Of a stretch of 8,416 nt of DNA, positions 1 through 7,531 are shown one piece after another. The position numbers were made by a program, and so were the translations under genes. This DNA is from Octopus sinensis (Eukaryota), in the NCBI RefSeq assembly GCF_006345805.1, contig NW_021828413.1, positions 1 to 8,416 of the forward strand, read 5' to 3'. Numbering within the stretch: the stretch's first letter is position 1; every line of letters begins with the position of its first letter. The notes below the pieces were generated by a model. That model saw only the letters and a program-made list of their open reading frames with translations. It was not told where the DNA came from and searched no databases.

Positions 1-128
1 GGAGATCTGGAGACAGAAAGAAACGAAGAGAAATATTGTGCCTGTGTGTAGGAGGGAAGGGAGTTTGAAGAGTGGGAGAGAGAGAAAGAAAGGAAGAGAG
101 AAAGAGAAAGAAAGGAAACGAGAAATTA
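1..128. repeat. GA-rich polypurine low-complexity tract
   Basis: Mostly G/A on the + strand (GAGA, GAAA, GAAG units), with a short TG-containing interruption near 36-50. Confidence 0.75.
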
Positions 129-335
129 AGAAACAATCATGGAGACAGAGAAATATAAGGCATTTCCAGAATATTATATATTTGTATATTCGACGACGAC
201 GACGATGACTACCAACAGCACCACTGCCACCATCACCACTACGGCTATTGCTGCTGCTACTACTACTACTACTACTATAGATGAGGTCGTCGCCCATGTT
301 TCTTTGGTAATTGTCAGAAATGTCAGCGAAGTCTG
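129..335 (+). repeat. Copy 1 (presumed donor) of a ~200-bp direct repeat containing GAC/GCT/ACT trinucleotide runs
   Basis: 144-335 aligns to 1890-2114 with 5 substitutions plus 33 nt of trinucleotide length difference (GCT 3 vs 6 units, ACT 6 vs 14). Weaker match extends to 129/1875. Confidence 0.95.
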
Positions 336-692
336 TGTGAGCTCATAACATCTTCGTAAACTGATTCCAAGTGTTTGTTTGTCTTGCTCTCATTTAATGA
401 GTAGCTGTGACCTCTTGGAAATAAAAATACACACACACACAACAGCAACAACTACAAAAACCCTTGAAATTATTTAAGAAAGAGCGATGGTGGTGTTGGT
501 GGTGGTGGTGGTGGATAAAAAAAAATGAGCCTCCGTCGGCTTTTAAACTTCCAGATGTTTTGTAAACAAACACACGTTCGACTTCTCGAGTCAGTTTACT
601 GTTTGCTTTATTAGGTCCTCCCCCGCTTCTCACACGCCATAAACGTTTATTGATTTCTTTTACTTTTATGAAGGACTTGCTGACTTGTGCCG

Positions 693-849
693 TACACATG
701 TATACACACACAGTCACACACATTCACATACACACAAACACACATATATATATATATAAGAACAAATTTACACGCATACATGTATATCATATATACAATC
801 GCACACATACATAAGCACAACAACACATACAAACACACATATACATACA
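693..849. repeat. Degenerate (CA)/(TA) microsatellite
   Basis: Alternating CA, TA and CATA units. Confidence 0.85.
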
Positions 850-1027
850 TAATTCTTTTTTATAACAGTCGGTTTCGAAGCACATAAAACCTTCGGATTT
901 CAACCCACAATTTTCATGCTATTATGTAGAGCTTTATATGCTTCGGGATCCACTGTGTCCAAAGAAAAAAAAAAAAGAATTCATTTACATTCTCTCGAAA
1001 ACTTGTAGAATTCTGATGACGTCAACA

Positions 1028-1119
1028 ATATATAGATATATATATATATATATATCTATATATATATAGATATATTATATATATATATATTATATATATA
1101 ATAAATATATATATATTCT

Positions 1120-1150
<31 letters not shown>

Positions 1151-1249
1151 CGATGTATGTATGTATGTATGTATGTATGTATGTATGTATGAGTATGTAT
1201 GTATGTATGTATATATATATATATGGTATATTATATTATATATTATATG

Positions 1250-1324
<75 letters not shown>
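1028..1324. repeat. Compound microsatellite (AT)n-(ATGT)n-(AT)n-(GT)n
   Basis: Directly visible tandem units. Confidence 0.95.
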
Positions 1325-1325
<1 letters not shown>

Positions 1326-1691
1326 AGTTCAGCAAAATTTAGATTCAGATGAATATGGTACTTAATCAAAGGCACCAGAATTTTGAATGGTATTATCCAT
1401 ATAAATCCATGGAGTGATTATAATCAAAATAAGCAACATTTATACCCGAGGTAATGTGGTACGATCGTTTCATGCTACTTCATTTTATTAAACACTGTAA
1501 GTATTACATCAGTTTTAAAATGTCGAGCAATCTTCAGCCACTTATAGAAATTTTCCAATGAAACAACGGACAATGCATATTTTATTCACTCTGCCAGAAA
1601 TTTGGAAACGACAATGGTGTACTACTTGGCATTCACGTCGAAAGCTCCAATACGTAGTTCCAGAAGTTTCAGTACAAACATACACCAATGA

Positions 1692-1878
1692 CATGTACCG
1701 AGAGTGATAAAAATCAAATATCCAGTCAATACGATAGTGTTTGGAGTGATCACTAGGGATGGCGACGTTATGCCTCCATTCATCTTCCCACACAGCCTCA
1801 AACTCAACACGGAGGCCAACATCAAGTGCCTGAAGACGGTAGTGCTGCCCTGGCTCAAGAGGGTAGCTGATGGGAGAC
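1692..1878 (+). pseudogene. Tc1/mariner (maT/DD37D-like) transposase relic, segment 1
   Basis: Translates HVPRVIKIKYPVNTIVFGVITRDGDVMPPFIFPHSLKLNTEANIKCLKTVVLPWLKRVADGR, resembling the mariner region between catalytic D1 and D2 (VMVWG-like 'TIVFGVI', 'PPFIF', 'VVLPW'). Confidence 0.85.
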
Positions 1879-2011
1879 ACGATCATAGTGACAGAGAAAT
1901 ATAAGGCATTTCCAGAATATTATATATTTGTATATTCGACGACGACAACGATGACTACCAACAGCACCACTGCCACTATCACCACTACTGCCATTGCTGC
2001 TGCTGCTGCAG

Positions 2012-2056
<45 letters not shown>

Positions 2057-2114
2057 TAGATGAGGTCGTCGCCGATGTTTCTTTGGTAATTGTCAGAAAT
2101 GTCAGCGAAGTCTG
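1875..2114 (+). repeat. Copy 2 of the ~200-bp direct repeat, interrupting the transposase relic
   Basis: Near-identical to 129-335; lies between transposase-like codons ...ADGR and VWQ*ESAPC. Confidence 0.95.
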
Positions 2115-2156
2115 ACATAAGTCTGGCAATAAGTCTGGCAATAAGTCTGGCAATAA
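2110..2156 (+). repeat. 12-bp tandem repeat (GTCTGGCAATAA)x3 plus one degenerate 11-bp unit
   Basis: Perfect units at 2121-2132, 2133-2144 and 2145-2156; GTCTGACATAA at 2110-2120. Confidence 0.95.
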
Positions 2157-2400
2157 GAATCTGCACCATGCTACATAAGCAGAAAAACCCAGTCGTGGCT
2201 GTCAGATAATTTTTGCAGTCACATCACCTAACTTTCTGGCCACCGAACTTTCCACACTGCCATCCTCTTTACTGTAATGTCTGGGGTGGAGTTGAGCGAG
2301 AGACCAACAAAACTCCGCGTAATACCAAAGATGAACTGAAGGCAAGGATTAAGGCAGCATTCACCAACTTAAACAAGGAGGTCGTCCAGAGATTCGAAGG
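2145..2400 (+). pseudogene. Tc1/mariner (maT/DD37D-like) transposase relic, segment 2
   Basis: GTC TGG CAA TAA GAA TCT GCA CCA TGC = VWQ*ESAPC (decayed WQQDSAP), then YISRKTQSWLSDNFCSHIT, a frameshift, and WPPNFPHCHPLYCNVWGGVERETNKTPRNTKDELKARIKAAF (decayed WPPxSPDLNPLDY). Motif spacing fits ~37 residues. Both visible catalytic Asp positions are lost; no TIR found. Confidence 0.9.
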
Positions 2401-2534
2401 ATGAACTTTAGCTAGCTTTATACATTCGGTAAGTTTCTCAATCACGATCAATAATATATCCCCTCGCCTTGACCAACTGCTATGCGCAAAGTACATCAGT
2501 GTGAGTTCCTTCATGATCCCCAGATGATGAGTAA

Positions 2535-2859
2535 GAGACACTCCATCTCTTACAACAACGAGGGTTCCACTTGATCCGATCAAAAGGACACTCTGATTTT
2601 GAAATTAACGAGCAAGTGGTTGAGTACTCCACAGGCACGCGTAACCTTAACGTAGTTTTCTGGGAGATTCAGTGTGACACAGAATGGGACAAGGCTGACC
2701 GTTTCAAACACAAGTACAACTCATTGTTGCCATCTGAGTGGACTGACACAACGTGAATTAAATTGTCTTGCTTCAGGACAAAACCTGCCGCTGGGAATCG
2801 AACTCACGACCTTACGATCGTGAGCTACACACCCTAACCATTAGGCCACGCGCCTTCAC
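2535..2859 (-). mobile_element. Older tRNA-derived CORE-type SINE (family B)
   Basis: Minus strand: head GTGAAGGCGCGTGGCCTAATGG...GAGTTCGATTCCCAG with A box and B box (2790-2859); CORE-like domain (2720-2780); 3' tail (2535-2719) homologous to the family A tail but diverged. No clear TSD. Confidence 0.85.
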
Positions 2860-2879
2860 ATATACATAGATACGTATGT

Positions 2880-3259
2880 GGAAGCACTCCGTCGGTTACG
2901 ACGACGAGGGTTCCGGTTGATCCGAATCAACGGAACAGCCTGCTCGTGAAATTAACGTGTAAATGGCTGAGCCTACAACAGACACGTGTACCCTTAACGT
3001 AGTTCTCGGGGATATTGCGTGACACAGAGATGACAAGGCCGGCCCCTTGAATACAGGTACAAAACAACGAAACAGGAAGTAAGAGTTGAGAAAGTTGTGG
3101 TGAAAGAGTACAGCAGGATCACCACCATCCCTGCCGGAGCCTCGTGGAGCTTTAGGTGTTTTCGCTCAATAAACACTCACAACGCCCGGTCTGGGACGAA
3201 AACTGCGATCCTATGACCGCGAGTCCGCTGCCCTAACCACTGGGCCATTACGCCTCCAC
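2880..3259 (-). mobile_element. tRNA-derived SINE family A, copy 1
   Basis: Homologous to 3861-4243 and 7571-7961; A box TGGCCCAGTGG, degraded B box; TSD AGATACGTATGT at 2868-2879 and 3260-3271. Confidence 0.95.
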
Positions 3260-3509
3260 AGATACGTATGTATATACATAGACACAAGCACACACATTCA
3301 TACTCACACAAACACATACTTACTTAGCAACTTCCTCATGTTCCGTCTCGCGACTGCAGCGCGTAGATATTGAAACCTCCTCATTTATTAATGACGGGTG
3401 TGTTAATGAATGCTCGGGTGGGGGGTGGGGTGATACTGGTACTTGGTGTTACCTGTTACAGAGTAAAGGAGATAGAAGGAGCTTGTTTAAATTCAGGTAA
3501 TTGAATTAA

Positions 3510-3800
3510 AGATGAACGAAGGTGGGGGCGAAGGTGGGTGTGGTCGGAGGAAGAAGGTTGAGAAGAGGTGAGACGAAAGAATAGGAGTGGGAGTAAATGA
3601 GTGGTAGGTGTAAGAAAGAGTGGGAGAGAGAGAGAGAGGGGGGTAGAAAGAGAGAGGAAGAGAGAAAACAAAGGGAAGGAAGAAATTGTTGAAGAGATTG
3701 CAGAACGGTATGGGAAGAAGAGAGTGAGAGACAGAGAGTGTAAGTTAGAGGAGAGTGAAAGGGTGTCAGAACGACAGAAAGGAAGCGATAAAGAGTAGGA
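3510..3800. repeat. GA-rich polypurine low-complexity tract
   Basis: Strong G/A bias on + strand; source of the spurious ORFs 3456-3965(-), 3506-3859(-) and 3601-3798(+). Confidence 0.8.
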
Positions 3801-3860
3801 GATACATATACACATAGGTACATACGCATATGTGCGTGTGCGCTTATATGCACACACACA

Positions 3861-4243
3861 GTGGAGGCGCAATTGGCCAGTGGTTAGGGCAGCGGACTCG
3901 CGGTCATAGGAATGCGATTTCGATTCCCAGACCGGGCGTTGTGAGTGTTTATTGAGCGAAAACACCTAAAAGTTCCACGAGCAGGGGATGGTGGTGATCC
4001 CTGCAGTACTCTTTCACCACAACTTTCTCTCACTCTTACTTCCTGTTTCTGTTGTACCGGTATTTCAAAGGGCCGGCCTCGGTCGCTCTCTGTGTCACGC
4101 TGAATATCCCCGAGAACTACGTTAAGGGTGCACGTGTCTGTGGAGTGCTCAGCCACTTACACGTTAATTTCACGAGCAGGCTGTTCCGTTGATTCGAATC
4201 AACCGGAACCCTCATCGTCGTAACCGACGGAGTGCTTCCATCC
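3861..4243 (+). mobile_element. tRNA-derived SINE family A, copy 2
   Basis: A box TGGCCAGTGG (3874-3883), B-box-like GATTTCGATTCC (3916-3927); ends GTGCTTCCATCC; 15-bp TSD ATATGCACACACACA at 3846-3860 and 4244-4258. Confidence 0.95.
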
Positions 4244-4280
4244 ATATGCACACACACACACTGAGACATGTATGTATACA

Positions 4281-4326
4281 TTAATTTCACGAGCAGGCCA
4301 TTCACTCGGACGAATCAACTGGAACT
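4281..4326 (+). mobile_element. Short decayed fragment of the shared SINE 3' tail
   Basis: TTAATTTCACGAGCAGGC...AATCAACTGGAAC matches 4165-4209 of copy 2. Confidence 0.7.
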
Positions 4327-4357
4327 GACGAAGGGCCAGTTATTCTTTTTTGACATA

Positions 4358-4749
4358 TCTTTATATATAAAAGTAAGGTCGTGTGTCTGTCTACTCCGAT
4401 TTAGATTCCTAACTACTCCCACATTTTGCGGTGCAGTTTAACCAAATTCGGGTATCTTATAGTCGTGATTCATATCGAGCCCTTCTGGATATTAGCGCGC
4501 GTCTACGATGAGTCTACGATTTTAAAAATAATTTACCATCATTTTTTTCCATTTTAATGCATATTTTTTTTAATATAAGGGAAGTAACTCTCTAAAAATG
4601 TCTACGATGAGTCAATGATTTAAAAAAAATTACCATCATATTTTTCCATTTTAATGCATTTCTTTGCTATTTTTTGGCTATAACTCTCTAAAAATGCTTA
4701 TATAGTTATTTCCCTTACAAACCCGAGCAACGCCGGGCGATACTGCTAG
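4358..4749 (+). mobile_element. Non-autonomous Helitron (392 bp)
   Basis: Starts TC (TCTTTATATATAAAAG) after A4357; subterminal GC hairpin CCCG(A)GC-AAC-GCCGGG at 4722-4737; ends CTAG at 4746-4749 followed by T; no TSD. These are the canonical Helitron hallmarks. Confidence 0.88.
4501..4695 (+). repeat. Two diverged ~97-bp tandem units inside the Helitron
   Basis: Units 4501-4599 and 4600-4695 both start GTCTACGATGAGTC, share TTACCATCAT and TTTTTCCATTTTAATGCAT, and end TAACTCTCTAAAAAT. Confidence 0.92.
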
Positions 4750-4834
4750 TATAAATATATAACTTTTAATTTTGATCTTTAATTCGTTCAGTCATTGAAT
4801 TTCAGTTTGGGAACCGGTTGGGAGGCAAGCTTAG

Positions 4835-4975
4835 GGGCTTCTGTACAGTTTTCGTTTACAAAATTCACTTCAACGGCATTGATCGGCCCCTGGCTATAGC
4901 GGTAGACACTCACATAGGGTAACTCAATGTCGGACTGAAAGCAGACTCATGTTATTGCGTGGCACATCCTCACAC
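4835..4975 (-). mobile_element. Highly decayed SINE with a Meta(MESC)-like central domain
   Basis: GGGCTTCT..CAGTTT.CGT.TAC.AAAT.CACT...GGCATTGATCGGCCC..GGCTATAG...AGACACT...GGACTGAA resembles, from memory, the reverse complement of the Meta-SINE domain followed by a tRNA head. Not verified by search. Confidence 0.6.
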
Positions 4976-5029
4976 AAACGCGTGTATCTGTACGTGTTAC
5001 TGTATGCGCGCACACAGAAAATCGGAGTG

Positions 5030-5174
5030 AGGGAGAGGAAGGGAGAGAGAGACAAAGAGATAAACAAAGACACATGGACAAAAAGACAGAGAGACAGACA
5101 GACAGATAGACAGACAGACAGATAGATGGATGGATGGATGGATGGATGGATGGATGGATGGATGGATGGAAGGT

Positions 5175-5222
<48 letters not shown>

Positions 5223-5252
5223 CAGACAGACGGACGGACAGACGGACAGACG

Positions 5253-5330
<78 letters not shown>

Positions 5331-5428
5331 CAGACGGACGGACGGACGGACGGACAGATAGATAGACGGACGGACGGAGGGACGGACAGACAGATAGATA
5401 GACGGACGGACGGACGGAGGGACGGAAG

Positions 5429-5498
<70 letters not shown>

Positions 5499-5597
5499 AA
5501 GGAAGAAAGAAAGAAAGAAACAACAAAAGAAAGAAAGAAAGAAAGAAAGAAAGAGAGGAGGAGGAGGAGGAGGAGGAGGAGGAGGAGGAGGAGGAGG
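5030..5597. repeat. Compound purine-rich microsatellite: GA, GACA, GATG, GATA, GACG, GAAA, (GAG)n
   Basis: Directly visible; the core 5093-5500 stays in one 4-nt phase. Confidence 0.95.
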
Positions 5598-5737
5598 TGT
5601 TGTATATCGCAGAGACGGGAATTGCGGAAGAATGTTGACCAATTTCAAATGTAAGCAACCATACCGGAAATACATAGACAGGGATATCACTTCAGAGTAC
5701 ACCGTAAAGTTACACCTACATTATAATTTAGTACAGT

Positions 5738-5782
5738 GGTGTGTGTGTGTGTGTTTTGCGAATAAGTGTGTTTGTGCCTGTA

Positions 5783-5818
<36 letters not shown>

Positions 5819-5999
5819 ATATACGTATGTGCGGGTTTGAGTGTGTGTATGCATATATATACACATATATATATATGTGTATATACATATATATATGTTT
5901 GTGTGTTTGTGTGCATGTGTGTATGTATGGATGGATGTATGTATGTAAGTATGTATGCATGTACATATGAATAGCTAGCTATACATATACATACATACA

Positions 6000-6062
<63 letters not shown>
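5738..6062. repeat. Compound (GT)/(AT)/(ATGT)/(ACAT)/(AT) microsatellite
   Basis: Directly visible tandem units. Confidence 0.92.
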
Positions 6063-6064
<2 letters not shown>

Positions 6065-6313
6065 TCACTCATTGAACGCTTGAGATTCTTGTTATATATG
6101 ATCTGAGCTGAGTTGAAGTTAAACATCAACATAAAAGGACACATTAGATAACATAGTCCAAGATAGACTGTGTCAGGAGAGCCAAATAAAAATGGCAAGA
6201 TAGTTAAAGATGAAATACATGCCTTTTTTTTTTTCATCATAAGCGTTGTTGATTTGTCGTGGCTGATATAATGCTCCAAGTAAGTACAAGAAGAACAACA
6301 GTGGTAAGGACAG

Positions 6314-6335
6314 CAACAACAAAAACAACAACAGC

Positions 6336-6367
<32 letters not shown>

Positions 6368-6402
6368 AAACAACAACAACAGCAACAACAAAAACAACAA
6401 CA
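6314..6402. repeat. Imperfect (CAA)n trinucleotide repeat
   Basis: CAA units with CAG and AAA interruptions. Confidence 0.9.
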
Positions 6403-6669
6403 GCTACAGCCACATTAAAAACAGAGTGACGGGAAACAGGAGGATAAAAAATGTTTAATTTAGAATGGACCGTTTTATAACCACCATTTACCACTAAATA
6501 TATGTTTGGAATGTCTGCGACTGTTGATGGATATTTCAGGAACTATAGACATGTAAATATAAAGGAACTTCTGTGCTGTCTTTTACACGTGCGATATAGC
6601 AGCACTCCTTACTGTAACAGGTGTTGTATCCGCTGTTGTTTGAGACGAAGTGATGGGGCATGTGTGCGT

Positions 6670-6851
6670 GAGAGAGCGAGAGAGCGAGAGAGAAAGAGAG
6701 AGAGAGAAAAAGAAAGGGGGGCGATTGGTAGGGAGAAAGGGAGAGAGGGACAGAGGGAGAGAGGAAGAATGAAAGTGAGAGAAATGAAAGTGAAGGAGAG
6801 AGAGAAGAGAGAAAGGGAGACAAGGATGTGAGAGAGGAAGAAGAGATGAGA

Positions 6852-6891
<40 letters not shown>

Positions 6892-7272
6892 TGAGAGAGA
6901 GAAAGTGAGAGAGAGAAAAAGAAAGTGGGGGCGATGGGGAGGGAGAAAGGACAGAGAGGGACAGAGGGAGAGAGGAAGAATGAAAGTGAGAGAAATGAAA
7001 GTGAAAGGAGAGAAGAGAGAAAGGGAGACAAGGATGGAGAGAGAGAGAGAGAGAGAGAAAGAGCAAGAAAGGGAGGGAGAGAGAGAGAGAGAGAGAAATG
7101 GAGAGGGATGGATATAGAAGGTTGGTGGGATAGAAAGAGGGAGTTGGAGAGAGAAAGAGAAAGAAACAGAGAAGTGAGAGAGAAAGTGAAGGAGAGCGTG
7201 AAAGAGAGAGAGGGGCGGAGAGAGATAAATACGGAGAGAGATGGTGAGAGAGAGAGAGAGTGAGAGAGAGAG
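6670..7272. repeat. GA-rich polypurine tract with an internal ~210-bp-period duplication
   Basis: ~6703-6828 and ~6913-7036 share GGGGGCGAT, GGGACAGAGGGAGAGAGGAAGAATGAAAGTGAGAGAAATGAAAGTGAA and AAGGGAGACAAGGATG at offsets of 208-210. Confidence 0.9.
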
Positions 7273-7403
7273 GCTAATTGCAGCGTTTCGGCTTACTGCG
7301 GAACATGCCGTCACCAATCTCACGGACCCTGTGTAACCAATCAGAAATTCCTCCATTTCTTTTGGTAAATATCCTTCACAGAGCAGATTCTTGTTCATCT
7401 AAG

Positions 7404-7460
7404 TAGGTTTAACTATGTGACTGTCAGGACTTCGTTTCCCAGCCACGTGGTCCCTAGGTT
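7404..7460 (+). mobile_element. Possible decayed tRNA-derived SINE head fragment
   Basis: TTCCCAGCCACGTGGTCCCTAGGTTCG resembles an anticodon-arm-to-B-box segment of a SINE head; short and diverged. Confidence 0.35.
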
Positions 7461-7491
7461 CGCTACACTTACGCCCATCCCCGATTCCTCA

Positions 7492-7531
7492 ATGCATGCA
7501 GTATGCATACATGTATGCATACTGCATGCAT
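7492..7531. repeat. Perfect 40-bp spacerless palindrome
   Basis: ATGCATGCAGTATGCATACA|TGTATGCATACTGCATGCAT: all 20 pairs complementary about 7511/7512. Confidence 0.97.

Noticed and set aside
139-348. Thr-rich ORF duplicated at 1870-2115, superficially a paralogous mucin-like peptide pair
   Set aside because: Thr/Ala runs are ACT/GCT microsatellites; the second copy sits inside a transposase relic and lacks the ATG; no domain similarity recognised.
1333-1453. In-frame TGA as a possible selenocysteine codon
   Set aside because: No recognisable selenoprotein motif, no start or good acceptor, no SECIS identified.
2110-2156. Short direct repeats as a CRISPR-like array
   Set aside because: No spacers, 12-bp unit, eukaryotic context, no cas genes.
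3416-3430. G-rich run GGGTGGGGGGTGGGG as a G-quadruplex
   Set aside because: Only three separated G-tracts; does not meet the canonical four-tract pattern.
3884-4305. ORFs overlapping SINE copies (also 2994-3176, 7622-8011)
   Set aside because: Incidental frames in non-coding SINE sequence; not conserved between the three copies.
5125-5172. (TCCA)n array on the minus strand as an expanded SINE A tail
   Set aside because: No SINE body adjacent; it is in phase with the surrounding GA-NN array and explained by it.
5619-5662. Possible micro-exon ending at a GTAAGC donor
   Set aside because: No polypyrimidine tract or branch point upstream (purine-rich instead); no supporting homology.
4924-5702. 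Longest ORFs (244 and 251 aa, minus strand)
   Set aside because: Translations of tetranucleotide and GAG microsatellites (SIYL, SVCL, poly-S, poly-P); stop-free only because the repeats lack stops.
6502-7398. ORFs rich in ER or SL dipeptides, up to 271 aa
   Set aside because: Artefacts of the GA-rich tract.
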